From Chiloscyllium plagiosum (lineage: Eukaryota), in NCBI RefSeq assembly GCF_004010195.1, contig NC_057750.1, positions 13,730,033-13,794,032 on the forward strand: a DNA stretch of 64,000 nt, written 5' to 3'. Under the pieces are notes generated by a model that was given only the letters and a program-made list of their open reading frames with translations, had not been told where the DNA came from and ran no database searches. Both the position numbers and the translations under genes were made by a program. Below are positions 10,850-23,789 of the stretch, in pieces (positions within the stretch are counted from its first letter, which is position 1; the number at the start of each line of letters is the position of its first letter).

Positions 10850-12665
10850 ATTTGAGAGCAATAGGATTCACAGGAGATGATACATTTTGGGAGGATTCAT
10901 AAGACAATGGAGTATACTTAGAATGGTAGGACTGTTTAAAGGACAGAGGGTCAGAGGGTCCTTGGTGTCTATGTCCATAGATCATTAAAAGCAGCAGGAC
11001 ACTTAGACAAGTTGGTGAAGGCATCTGGGATACTTGCTTTGATTAGCTGAGGCATTGAATACAAGAGCAAGGAAGTTAACAAGGAGCTGTGTATGAGGTT
11101 AGTTCAGCTACAGGTTGGAATATTGTGTGCATTTCCTGTCACCACACTATAGGACGGATGTGATTACACGAGAGGGGGAGTAGAGGGAATTCACTATGAT
11201 GTTACCCTGGGCTGGAAAAATTCAGCAATGAAGAGAGTTTGGACAGAATGGGATTGTTTTCCTGAGAGCAGTGAAAGCTGAGGAGAAGGAGGGACGAGTG
11301 GCAGATGGAGTTTAATTTAGATAAAAGTGAGGTGTTGCATTTTGGAAAGACAAACCAGGGCAGGACTTATACACTTAATGGTAAGGTCCTGGGAAGTGTT
11401 GTTGAACAAAGAGACCTTCGAGTCCAGTTTCATAGTTTCTTGAAAGTGGAGTCACAGGTAGACAGGGTGGTGAAGAAGGCATTTGGGATGGTTGCGTTTA
11501 TTGGTTAGAGTATTGAATACAGTAGTTGGGAGGTCATGTTATGGCTGTACACTACATTGGTTAGGCCACTTTTGGAATACTGCATTGTTGCTGCGTCACC
11601 ATAGCCTTACCAGAGCATAGCGGCTGCTCTCTCATTAGAGAGAGAAGCAACTGGTGTCAATTTAACCTGAGGGTCATCAAACCTCGGGCAGGGGAAGACG
11701 TTGAGAAGGACAATTCTTCATGGTAACCTCAAACCGATGATGGGAATTAAACCGACGCTGTGGCAGCACACTGCTCTGCAAACCAACAATGCAGCCAACT
11801 GAGCTAAACTGATCCCCTCTCTCTGTTATACATAAGGTGTTGTGAAACTTGAAAGGGTTAATAAAAGATTTACAAGGATGTTGCCAGGTTTGGAGAGTTT
11901 GATCAATAGAGAGAGGCTGAATAGCTGGCGCTATTCTCCTTGGAACGTCAGAGGCTGAGGAGGGTGACCTTATAGAGGTTAATAAAATCATGAGGGGCAT
12001 GGAGAGGAAGAATGTCTAAGGTATTTTTCCAAGCATAGGGGAGTCCAAAGCTAGCCGGCATAGGTTTCGGGTGAGAGGAGAAAGATTTAAAAGGAGCCTA
12101 AGGGGAAACATTTTCACACAGAGGGTGGTGCGTGTACGGAATGAGCTGCCAGAGGAAGTGGTGGAGGCTGGTACAATTACAGCATTTAAAAGACATTTGG
12201 ATGGGTATATGAATAGGAAGGGTTTGGAGGAATATGGGTCAAATGCTGGCAAATGGAATGAGATGAATTTAGGATATCTGGTCAGCATGGACGAGTTGGG
12301 CCGAAGGGTCTGTTTCCTTGCTGTACGTCTCTATGACTCTACAACTATGATTTGACTGAGATGGATACAGTCCTGAGGGCTAGAGACAGGTTAGATAGGG
12401 AGAAACATTTCCCTTTGTTGAATACCCAAAAACCAAGGGGGTCTCAGTTTTAAGGTCAGGGGAAAGAGGTTTAGAGAAAAGCATGGTTTCACCCAGAGGG
12501 TGGTGTGAATCTGCACTCAATGCCTGAGGGAGAGGTAGACACCAGACCCCTCAGTATATTTAAGAAATGTTGAGATGGTCACTTGGAAACGTAATAGCAT
12601 GCAAGGTGATGGGCTGGCACAGACATGATGGGCTGAACAGCCTCTTTCTGTGCTGTAAAACTCTA
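10850..12665 (+). mobile_element. Nested CR1 fragments (older subfamily containing a younger HER1 at about 11291-12345)
   Basis: WQMEFN..KSEVLHFG, EQRDL and RNELPEEVVEAG peptides. The older copy resumes after the younger 3' tail. Confidence 0.85.
11590..11818 (-). mobile_element. tRNA-derived SINE, family 3
   Basis: The minus strand starts gggatcagtttagctcagttggct (A-box-like). The body ...accctcaggttaaa...ctctaatgagagag is shared with the split copy at 33360-34005. Confidence 0.7.
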
Positions 12666-12784
12666 CGGTTTAGAAGCATGCACGATGATGCAATGACTCT
12701 GATAGTGGCACATGATTAAATAGGGAGAGCAGGAACTCTGCCTCGTGTGGAGGGAATGCGTGTACAGACCAGGCTCTAAGAAAG

Positions 12785-13527
12785 ATCCAAAAGATGTACA
12801 CGTTAGGGTGGATTGGCCAAGTTAAATTACCCACAGCGGTCAGGGATATATAGGTTAGGGTCTTGGCCATGCTAAATACCCATAATGCACAGGTTAGGGA
12901 GGATTGGCCATGCTAAGTACCCATAATGCTCAGGGATGCGCAGGTTAGGGAGGATTGGCCATGCTAAATACCCATAATGCACAGGTTAGGGAGGATTGGC
13001 CATGCTAAGTACCCATAATGCCCAGGGATGCGCAGGTTAGGGAGGATTGGCCATGCTAAATACCCATACTGACTTACCCATAGTGTTCAGGGATGTGCAG
13101 ACTAGGTGAATTGGCTATGTTAAATTGCCCATAGTGTTCAGGGATGTACAGGTTCAGGTGAATTGACCATGTTAAATTATTCCATAGTGTTCAGGGATGT
13201 GCAGGTTAGGTGAATTGGCCATGTTAAATTCCTGATGAAGGGCTTTTGCCCGAAACGTCGATTTTACTGCACCTCGGATGCTACCTGAACTGCTGTACTT
13301 TTCCAGCATCACTCTAATCTAGACTCTGGTTTCCAGCATCTGCAGTCATTGTTTTTACCTAGTTAAATTATCCCATAGCATTCAGGGGTGTGCAGGTTAG
13401 GTGCATTAGTCAGGGGAAATGTAAAGTAATGGGGTAGGAGAATGGGTCTGGGTGGGATACTCTTCGGAGGGTCGGTGTGGACTTGTTGGGCCGAAGGGCC
13501 TGCTTCCACACTGTAGAGATTCTATGA
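12785..13527 (+). repeat. HE1 SINE 3' half with tandem amplification of the internal unit
   Basis: Repeated gcaggttaggg.ggattggccatgctaaat..cccata units of about 41-53 bp, then the HE1 tail gggccgaagggcctgcttccacactgtag. Confidence 0.85.
13226..13266 (+). ncRNA. Minimal type I hammerhead ribozyme motif (Penelope family A) in a short insertion at 13231-13361
   Basis: CTGATGA-a-GGGC-tttt-GCCC-GAAA-cg-TC. Core nucleotides intact, palindromic ACGT in place of helix III, predicted cleavage after 13259. TSD gttaaatt. Confidence 0.75.
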
Positions 13528-13920
13528 AATTCCATGAAAGACTTCAGCTGAATGTTCCATGGCTTGGCGCCTAAATGGAGTTAGACCACAAATGCAAGAT
13601 TGGAATGCTGTATTTCTTATTTCGCTTAATCTTTTGCTTTACCAGAAATTCACCCTTCTTTCCAATGTGACTTCTAAAGATGTGAGAACGACTGGTGATT
13701 TGTCAACTCTGACCCTGGCTGGAAGTCTGGGTGGATCCCCATTGGCTGGCCCTTTGACCCCGTTGACAGATAAGAGTGACCCATTGGTTGCTGGCGTGTG
13801 ATAGTTGAACCCGTCATTGTAGGAACTTCATCTGATTATAATCAATCGGGGAATGGATCAATGAATGACCAAGACAGTCAGGGTATTGAGAAACAACACA
13901 GTGGGGTGCTCCCTTAGGTC

Positions 13921-14398
13921 CTGTGCTGTGGCTCAGCGGGCAATGCTCTTGCCTTTGAGTCATAATGGCTATAAGTTCAAACCCCTTTCCTGAGCACAAA
14001 ATCTACATGATTCCTGATGAAGGGCTTTTGCCCGAAATTTCGATTTCGCTGCTCCTTGGATGCTGCCTGAACTGCTGTGCTCTTCCAGCACCACTAATCC
14101 AGAATCTGGTTTCCAGCATCTGCACTCATTGTTTTTACCTCTACATGGACACTCTAGTGCAGTACTGAAGAAATGCTACTCTATTGAGGTGCCATTCTTT
14201 CAGATGGGACATTAACCCAATGCCTGTACTCCCAGGTGAACTGAAATGTAGGAAGTTTTTTTTTGTGAAGTTCTGTCTGTATTTATCTCTCGACAAGCCG
14301 CCAGTAGCAGATTCAGCAGGTCATTATTGTATTCTTTTTTCTGGGATCTTGCTGTGTACAAATGGGTTGTAGCGTTACAGTGGTGTCCAATCTTCAAA
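13921..14398 (+). mobile_element. DeuSINE/SacSINE1-like SINE interrupted by a Penelope-end insertion (14010-14139)
   Basis: tRNA-like head (gtggctcagcggg...gttcaaaccc), then gacactctagtgcagtactga..gaggtgcc.ttctttcagatg and gggatcttgctgtgtacaaat. TSD tctacatg flanks the insert. Confidence 0.7.
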
Positions 14399-14554
14399 TG
14401 TGTCTGATGTCTGCAGCTCCAACAAGACTCAAGAAGCTCAACACATCCAGGACAGAGCAGCCCACTTGATTGGCACCACCCCCAACAAACATCCACTCCC
14501 CAGCCAATGGAAACAATCTGTGTCCACCTTATCAAGCCACTTGAGAAAGTGCCA

Positions 14555-15763
14555 TTCATTTATGGGGCATGGGTATCACTGGCTGGACCCAGTATTTACT
14601 GCCTGTCCCAGATTGCCCTTGAAAAGGTGGGGGTGAGCTGCCTTCTTGAACCGCTGCAGTCCACAGCAGATTGACCCACAATGCCCTTAGAGAGGGAATT
14701 CCATGATTTTGACCCAGCGACACCGAAGGAATGGCGATATATTTCCAAGTCAGAATGGTGAGCAACACGGAGGGGAACTTGCAGTAACCAAGGATGTGCA
14801 GCTCTTGTCCTTCTAGATGGAAGTGGTTGTGGGTTTGGAAGGTGCTGTCTGAGGATCTTCGGTGAACTTCTGCAGCGCATCTTGTAGATGGTACACCGTG
14901 CTGTTACTGAGAGTCGGTGGTGGAGGGAGGGGATGTTTGTGGGTGTGGTGCCAATCAAGCGGGGGGCTGCTTTGTCCTAGATGGTGTTAAGTCTCTTGAG
15001 TGTTGTTGGAGCTGCCCCCATCCAGGGGCAAGTGGGGAGTATTCCCTCACACTCCTGACTTGTGCCTTGTAGATGGTGGACAGGCTTTGGCTAGTTAGGA
15101 GGTGACCTTCCAGGATTCCTAGCCTCCGATCAGCTCTTGTAGCCACATATTTATCTGGTCAGTCCATCAGTATCTGGTCAATAGTAACCTCCAGGAGGAT
15201 TTAGCAATTGGTAATGCCATTGAATGTCAGCAAATGATGGTTAGTTTCTCTTTTCTTGGACGTGGCATTTATGTGGCATGAATATTTTTTGACACTTATC
15301 GACCCAAGCTTGGATACTGTGCATACCTTGTTGCATTAGAACATGGACTGCTTCAGTATCTAAGGAGTTGCGAATGGCGCTGAACATTGTACAATGATCA
15401 GTGAACATCCCAACTCTGATAGAGGGAAGGTCATTGATGAAGATGGTTGTGCCCAGGACACTACCCTGAGGGACTTCTGAGGCTGAGATGACTGACCTCC
15501 CACAACCATGGCCATCTTCCCGTGTGTCAGGTATAACTCCAACCAGCCGAGAGATTTTCCCCTGATTCCCATTGATTCCGTTTTGCTAGGGCTCCTTGAT
15601 GCCACACCCAGTCAAACGCAGTCTTAATGTCAAAGGGCTGTCACTCTCCCCTCACCCTCGGGAATTCATCTCTTTTGTCCATGTTTGAACCAAGGCTGGA
15701 ACGAGGTCAGGAGCTGAGTGGCCTCTGGCAGAGCCCAAACTGGGCTTCACTGAGCATATCATT
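14555..15763 (-). mobile_element. Second CR1-clade LINE, 3' half (RT)
   Basis: Peptides TIYKAQVRSVREYSPLA, GIRGKSLGWL and a terminal NDMLSEAQFG. The 3' tail lies at the left end. Confidence 0.85.
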
Positions 15764-15769
15764 CCACTC

Positions 15770-18338
15770 TTTTTAAAAAGGGAATTACAGGCCAGTTGTC
15801 CTAATTGTTGTTGGGAATTGTTGGAGCCTATAATCAAGGATGGGATAACTAAACACCTCAAACTTTCACTTAATCAGGAAGAGCCAGCTTGGATTCATGA
15901 CGGGTCGATCATGCCTGGCAAATCTCGCTGAATATTTTGAAGAGGTGACTAAGATAGTTCACAGGGGAATGTGAAGGGATGTTGTTTATATGGACTTGCA
16001 GCAGATATTTGATAGAGAGACTGTTAACGATGCTAGAAGTCAAGAGAACTGAGGGCAAATTACTGAAATTGTTGGAAGATTGACTGAGTGGCACGTGACA
16101 TAGTAGGGATAATGGGCAGGTACCCATATTATTGGATGTGGTGTCCAATAAGCATCTATCTTTATTCCCTTGTATAATGGTATAGGAAGTCACAGATCCA
16201 AATTTGCTGATGACACACTTGAAATTACCAAGAGGCTTTGATATTGAAAGTGAGTGGTCGAAAGTGTGGCAGATGGATTTCAAGTGTGAAGTTATTCATT
16301 TTGGACTGAGAAAAGATAGATCAGGGTATTTTCTAGATGGTATGAAGTTAAACCTAGTGGATATCCAAAGAGAATGGGTTCAGGTGCATTGATCTTTAAA
16401 ACGTTACAAAAACAGGTGCAGAAAATAACCAAGAAAGCTAATGGAATGTTCACCTTTATATGGAGAGGACTGAGTGTAAGAATACTGAAGTTGTGCTGCA
16501 GTTATACAAACCCCTGGTTAGACCCCACTTGGGGGACTGTGAGTAAATCAGGCACCACACCTTCGGAAGGGTGGATTGGCCATGAAGGGAGTACAACATA
16601 AGTTTACAAGAACGATACCTGGACGTCAAGGGTTAAATTATGAGGAGAGATTATACAACTTGGTCCTGTATTCTCTAGAATTTCGAAGTTTAAGGAGTGA
16701 TCTGATCAAAGTCTTCAAGGTATTGCTGGATCCTCTACTTTTCGTCATATACATAAATGATATGGATGTGAGTATAAGAGGTACAGTTAGTAAGTTTGTA
16801 GATGACACCAAAATTGGAGGTGTAGTGGACAGCGAAGAGGGTTACAACTGAATCTGGATCAGATGGGCCAATGGGCTGAGAAGTGGCAGATGGAGTTTAA
16901 TTCAGATAAATGCGAGGTGTTGCATTTTGGGAAAGCAAATCTTAGCAGGACCGATACACTTAATGGTAAGGTCCTGGGGAGTGTTGCTGAACAAAGAGAC
17001 CTTGGAGTGCAGGTCCATAGCTCCTTGAAAGTGGAGTTGCAGGTAGATAGGATAGTGAAGAAGGCGTTTGGTATGCTTTCCTTTATTGGTCAGAGTATTG
17101 AGTACAGGAGTTGGGAGGTCATGTTGCNNNNNNNNNNNNNNNNNNNNNNNNNNNNNNNNNNNNNNNNNNNNNNNNNNNNNNNNNNNNNNNNNNNNNNNNN
17201 NNNNNNNNNNNNNNNNNNNNNNNNNNNNNNNNNNNNNNNNNNNNNNNNNNNNNNNNNNNNNNNNNNNNNNNNNNNNNNNNNNNNNNNNNNNNNNNNNNNN
17301 NNNNNNNNNNNNNNNNNNNNNNNNNNNNNNNNNNNNNNNNNNNNNNNNNNNNNNNNNNNNNNNNNNNNNNNNNNNNNNNNNNNNNNNNNNNNNNNNNNNN
17401 NNNNNNNNNNNNNNNNNNNNNNNNNNNNNNNNNNNNNNNNNNNNNNNNNNNNNNNNNNNNNNNNNNNNNNNNNNNNNNNNNNNNNNNNNNNNNNNNNNNN
17501 NNNNNNNNNNNNNNNNNNNNNNNNNNNNNNNNNNNNNNNNNNNNNNNNNNNNNNNNNNNNNNNNNNNNNNNNNNNNNNNNNNNNNNNNNNNNNNNNNNNN
17601 NNNNNNNNNNNNNNNNNNNNNNNNNNNNNNNNNNNNNNNNNNNNNNNNNNNNNNNNNNNNNNNNNNNNNNNNNNNNNNNNNNNNNNNNNNNNNNNNNNNN
17701 NNNNNNNNNNNNNNNNNNNNNNNNNNNNNNNNNNNNNNNNNNNNNNNNNNNNNNNNNNNNNNNNNNNNNNNNNNNNNNNNNNNNNNNNNNNNNNNNNNNN
17801 NNNNNNNNNNNNNNNNNNNNNNNNNNNNNNNNNNNNNNNNNNNNNNNNNNNNNNNNNNNNNNNNNNNNNNNNNNNNNNNNNNNNNNNNNNNNNNNNNNNN
17901 NNNNNNNNNNNNNNNNNNNNNNNNNNNNNNNNNNNNNNNNNNNNNNNNNNNNNNNNNNNNNNNNNNNNNNNNNNNNNNNNNNNNNNNNNNNNNNNNNNNN
18001 NNNNNNNNNNNNNNNNNNNNNNNNNNNNNNNNNNNNNNNNNNNNNNNNNNNNNNNNNNNNNNNNNNNNNNNNNNNNNNNNNNNNNNNNNNNNNNNNNNNN
18101 NNGCTCTTCCTCCAACCGTTGTGTTGCTATGGTCTGGCGATGGAGGAGTCCAAGGACCTGCATATCCTTGGTGGAGTGGGAGGGGGAGTTGAAGTGTTGA
18201 GCCACGGGGTGGTTGGGTTGGTTGGTCCGGGTGTCCCAGAGGTGTTCTCTGAAACGCTCCGCAACACAGATCAGCCATGATCACATTGAACAGAAGAACA
18301 GGTTCGAGAGGCTTGATGGCCTCTGGCTATTCCAATAT
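15770..18338 (+). mobile_element. Nested cluster: old CR1, younger HER1 (16726-17127+) and Penelope fragment (18103-18262, minus)
   Basis: KFVDDTKIGG and WQMEFNSDKCEVLHFG peptides. Penelope peptide QHFNSPSHSTKDMQVLGL. Old CR1 3' tail at 18265-18338. Includes the gap. Confidence 0.8.
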
Positions 18339-18340
18339 TG

Positions 18341-21300
18341 TGTTATTGCTGAGCAAGTTATCGCTGAGCAGGTTAATGCTGAACAGGTTATTATTGAGCA
18401 GGTTATTACTGAGCAGGTCATTGCTGAGCAGATTATTACTAAGCAGGTATTACTAAGCAGGGTTATTACTGAGCAGTTTGTTGCAGAGCAGGTTATTGCT
18501 GAGCAGGTAATTGCTGAGCAGGTTATTACTGAACAGGTTATTGCTGAGAAGGTTAATGCTGAGCAGGTTATTACTGAACAGGTTATTACTGAGCAGGATA
18601 TTGCTGAGCATGTTATTACTGGGCAGTTTATTACTGAGCAGATTATCGCTGAGCAGGTCATTACTGAGCAGGTGATTGCTGAGCAGGTTATTACTGAACA
18701 AGTTATTGCTGAGCAGGTTACTACTGAGCAGGTTATTACTGAGCAGTTTATTGCTGTGCAGTTATTACTGAGCAGATTATTCTTGAGCAAGTTATTACTG
18801 AGCAGGTTATTGCTGAGCAGGTTATTACTGGGCAGTTTATTACTGAGCAGATTATTGCTGAGCATGTTATTACTGAGCAGGTTATTACTGAGCAGGTTAT
18901 TTCTGAGCAGGTTATTGCAGATCATGCTATTACTGAGCAGGTTATTACCAAGCAGGTTATTACTGAGCAGGTTATTACTGAGCAGGTTATTACTGGGCAG
19001 CTTATTACTGAGCAGATTATTGCTGAGCATGTTATTACTGAGCAGGTTATTACCAAGCAGGTAATTACTGAGCAGGTTATTGCTGAGCACGTTATTACTG
19101 GGCAGTTTATTACTGAGCAGATTATTGCTGAGCATGTTATTACTGAGCAGGTTATTACTGAGCAGGTTTTTGCTGCGCAGGTTATTACTGAGCAGATTAT
19201 TACTGAGCAGGTTATTACTGAGCAGGTTATTACTGAGCAGGTTATTGTTGAGCAGTTTATTGCTAAGGAGAAAGTGAGGACTGCAGATGCTGGAAATCAG
19301 TGCTGAAAAATGTGTTGCTGGAAAAGCACAGCAGGTCAGGCAGCATCCAAGGAGCAGGAGAATCGACGTTTCGGGCATGAGCCTGAAGAAGGTCTTATGC
19401 CCGAAACATCGATTCTCCTGCTCCTTGGATGCTGTCTGACCTGCTGCGGTTTTCCAGCAACACATTTTCAGTTTATTGCTGAGCAGGTTATTATTGAACA
19501 GGTTATTTCTGAGTAGGTTATTACTGAGCAGATTATTTCTGAGCAAGTTATTACTAAGCAAGTTATTGCTGAGCATGTTATTACTGAGCAGGTTATTACT
19601 GAGCAGGTTATTACTGAGCATGTTATTACTGAGCAGTTTATTAATGTGCAGGTGATTACTGAGGAGTTTATTGCTGAGCAGGTTATTACTGAGTAGATTA
19701 TTACTGAGCAGATTAATGCTGAGCAGGTTATTACTGGGCAAGTTATTACTGAGCAGGTTATTACTGAGCAGATTATTGCTGAGCATTTTATTACTGTGCA
19801 GGTTATTACTGAGCGTGTTATTACTGAACAGGTTATTACTGAGCAGGTTATTACTGAGCTTGTTATTACTGAGCAGGTTATTACTTAGCAGGTTATTTCT
19901 GAGCAGGTTATTACTGAGCAGGTTATTACTGAGCAGATTATTTCTGAGCAGGTTATTACTCAGCAGGTTATTACTGAGCAGATTATTGCTGAGCATGTTA
20001 TTACTGTGCAGGGTATTACTGCGCGTGTTATTACTGAGCAGCTTATAACTGAGCAGGTTATTACTGAGCATGTTATTACTGAGCAGGTTATTACTTAGCA
20101 GGTTATTACTGAGCAGGTTATTACTGAGCAGGTTATTACTGAGCAGGTTGCTGCTGAGCAGGTTATTGTTGAGCAGTTTATTGCTGAGCAGGTTATTACT
20201 GAGCAGATTATTTCTGAGCAGGTTATTACTGAGCAGGTTATTACTGAGCTGGTAATGACTGAGTAGATGTTTACTGAGCAGGTTATTACTGAGCAGATTA
20301 ATGCTGAGCAGGTTATTTCTGGGCAGGTTATTCCTGAGCAGGTTATTCCTGAGCAGGTTATTACTGAGCAGGTTATTACTGAGCAGGTTATTACTGAGCA
20401 GATTAATGCTGAGCAGGTTATTATTGAGCAGGTTATTACTGAGCAGGTTATTACTGAGCAGGTTATTCCTGAGCAGGATATTACTGAGCAGGTTATTCGT
20501 GAGCAGGTTATTACTGAGCAGGATATTACTAAGCAGGTTATTACTGAGCAAGTCATTGCCGAGCAGGTTATTACTGAGCAGATTGCTGCTGAGCAGGTTA
20601 TTACTAAGCAGGTTATTACTGAGCAGATTATTACTGAACAGATTATTTCTGAGCAGGTTATTACTGAGCAGGTTATTACTGAGCAGTTTGTTACTGAGCA
20701 CGTAATGACTGAGTAGATTTTTACTGAGCAGGTTAATACTGAGCAGATTAATACTGAGCAGGTTATTGCTGAGCGCAGGTTATTACTGAGCAGGTTATTA
20801 TTGAGCAGATTATTACTGAGCAGGTTATTACTGAGCAGGTTATTGCTCAGCAGTTTATTGCTGAGTAGGTTATTACTGAACAGGTTACTACTGAGCAGGT
20901 CGTTATTGAGCAGGTTGTTACTGAGCAGGTTATTGCTGAACAGGTTATTACTGAGCAGGTTATTACTGAACAGGTTACTAATGAGCAGGTTATTGCTGAG
21001 CAGGTTATTACTGAGCAGGTTATTACTGAACAGGTTACTACAGAGCAGGTTATTGCTGAGCAGGTTATTATTGAGCAGATTATTACTGAGCAGGTTATTA
21101 CTGAGCAGGTTATTGCTGAGTAGGTTATTACTGAGCAGGTTATTGCTGAACAGGTTACTACTGAGCAGGTTATAGCTGAGCAGGTTATTATTGAGCAGGT
21201 TATTACTGAGCAGATTATTACTGAGCAGGTTATTGTTCAGCAGATTATTACTGAGCAGATTATTACTGAGCAGGTTATTGCTCAGCAGTTTAATACTGAG

Positions 21301-21545
21301 CATGTTATTGCTGAGCAGGTTATTATTGAGCAGTTATTACTGAGCAGGTTATTACTAAGCAGGTTATTACTGAACAGGTTACTACTGAGCAGGTTATTGC
21401 TGAGCAGGTTATTATTGAGCAGGTTATTACTGAGCAGATTATTACTGAGCAGGTTATTGCTGAGCAGGTTATTACTGAGCAGGTTATTGCTCAGCAGTTT
21501 ATTGCTGAGTAGGATATCACTGAGCAGGTTATTACTGCGCAGGTG
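18341..21545. repeat. 15-bp minisatellite (ttattactgagcagg)n, roughly 200 copies
   Basis: Directly visible tandem array, interrupted at 19265-19468 by a Penelope foldback. Confidence 0.97.
19265..19468. mobile_element. Foldback Penelope-end insertion with hammerhead-like core
   Basis: Inverted arms. CTGAAGA...GAAA at 19383. Direct repeat cagtttattgct at 19253-19264 and 19469-19480. Confidence 0.85.
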
Positions 21546-23220
21546 CTGCTTGAAAGATGTGACCCCTCCCATCAGTTTACTGATGATCAAGAGTAGACGG
21601 AGGGGCTGGATGACCTGACTTTTATGTACAGGACATACCTGGGCAATTTTCCACTTTGTTGGGCAGATGCCAGTGTTGTAACTGGACTGGAACAGCTTGG
21701 CAGGAGGAGTGGCAACTTATGGAGCATGAGTCTTCAGTACTATTGTTAGAATGTTGTCAGCACCGTAGCCTTTATAGCATCCAGTGTCTCTCCAACCATC
21801 TCTTGACATCACGTGGAATGAATTGAATTGGCTGAAGATTGGTATCTGTGAGGCTGGGGACCACTGGGGGAGGCGGAGATGGGTCACCCACTCGGCACTT
21901 CTGGCTGAAGATCGCTGTGAAAGCTTCAGCCTTATCTTGTGCACTGATGTGCTGGGCTCTTGCAGCATTGAGGATGGGAATATTTGTGGAGCCTCCTCCT
22001 CCAGTGAGTTGTTTAATCGTCCAACATTCACGATGTAGCCCGACTGCAGAGCTTTAGATCTGATCCATTGGTTGAGAAATCCCTTAGCTCTGCCTCTCAC
22101 TTGTTGTGTACACTGTTTGGTGTGCAGGTAGTCCTGTTTGGTAGCATCGCCAGGTTGACACCTCATCTTCAGGTCTGCCTGCTGCTGCTCCCAACATGCC
22201 CTCTTGCACTCTCCACTGAACCTGAATTGATCCCCAGGCTTAATGGTGATGGTTGAATGGGGAATACGCCAGGCCATGAGGTTACAGATTGTGCTGGTGT
22301 ATAAATCTGCTGCTTTGGTAGTACCTCCTGGATGCCCAGTCTTGAATTGCTAGATTAGATTAGATTAGATTACATTACAGTGTGGAAACAGGCCCTTCGG
22401 CCCAACAAGTCCACACCGACCCGCCGAAGCGCAACCCACCCGTACCCCTACATTTACCCCTTTACCTAACACTACGGGCAATTTAGCACAGCCAATTCAC
22501 CTGACCTGCGGGAGGAAACCGGAGCACCCGGAGGAAACCCACGCAGTCACGGGGAGAACGTGCAAGCTCCACACAGACAGCGGCCTGAGGCGGGAATTGA
22601 ACCCGGGTCTCTGGCGCTGTGAGGCAGCAGTGCTAACCACTGTGCCACCGTGCTGCCCACTGTTCGAAGTCTGTCAGTGCCACACAACACGATGGAGGTT
22701 ATTCTCAATGTGAAGGCTATTCTCAATGAGTTTGTCTCCACAAAGACTGTGCGGCGGTCACTCTTACTGATACTGTCCTGGACAGATCCATCTGCAGCCG
22801 GCAGATTGGTCAGGATGAGGTCAAGTATGCTTTTCCCTTTTGTAGGTTCCCTCACCCCCTGCCACGGACCCAGTGTAGCAGCTATGCCCTTCAGGACCTG
22901 GCCAGCTCCATCAGTAACGCTGCTGCCGAGCCACTCTGCATGGTGGGGATTGAAATCCCCCTCCCAGAGTACAGTTTGCACCCTTGATACCCTCAGTGCT
23001 TCCTCTCGGTGTTGTTCAACACGGAGGAGCACTGATCCATCAGCTGAGGGAGGATGGTTTTTGCTAATCCTTGCCTGTGTTTAACCTGAAGCCGAGAGAC
23101 TTCACCGGATCTGGAGTCAATGTTGAGGATTCTCAGAGTAACTCCCTCCCGAGTGTACACCCACTGTGCTGTCACCTCTGCAGGGTCTGTCCTGCCAGTG
23201 GGGCAAATGACCCCTGACCC
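21530..23220 (-). mobile_element. Second CR1-clade LINE, 5' half (APE endonuclease to RT start)
   Basis: Peptides GDFNPHHAEWLGS, EPTKGKSILDLILTN, IPHSTITIKPGDQ and IISKLMGGV..KQHLRSNNLL. HE1 inserted at about 22352-22658. Confidence 0.88.
22352..22658 (-). mobile_element. HE1 SINE with (tagat)n tail
   Basis: CpG-rich HE1 head and core, suggesting a young copy. Confidence 0.9.
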
Positions 23221-23789
23221 TACCCTTGTGCCTTGGCATCTTACATTCTCCAAGCCCCTCCCCCACCCCACCAATGCTTGAGCAAAGCAACAGTGTAAAC
23301 ATAACTCACAATGAGGCCCAGGAACTAGCTTTTAAGAGGTTACATTCACTGAAGCCCAGACGTAAATGCAGTGGAGGTGAAAATTCTGAAATAAAAAGAG
23401 GATAAAAACCTAACATGCCCGAAAAATAGAAAATACTTTTTAAAGAAATAGGTGAAGAGGAAAAGGCTGTTAAATAAAGTCAGAATCTATCTCATACTTG
23501 GTATTAACAGACTCTCATTTTTTAAAAATGCAGCAAGTCCATGCAGTGTTGCCTTGGGTTAAGACTGTTTGCTTCCTCAGAATAACCTGAGGCTAAGTGT
23601 GAAGCACACCTCATATCCCTCTGCTAGTGTAGACAAGAATATATCAACACCCATTTTAAGGGATATCACAGCATGAATATACTTCACATCTCACATATTG
23701 CTTGCACCTCATACGTCATTAACAACTCTCTCAAACCTTAGTGTTTTTCCCTTTTTGGCCTTGAATATGCCCCATTATCTCCCCTCCAC

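Noticed and set aside
16863..18284. ORFs of 370-460 aa (also 49759-50727)
   Set aside because: They consist almost entirely of Ns.
18213..21618. Long ORFs (806 aa LLSNN, EQVIT repeats) as a leucine-rich or pentapeptide-repeat protein
   Set aside because: They are a by-product of a 15-bp satellite. Frames shift freely, a TE interrupts the array, and no splice or promoter support was seen.
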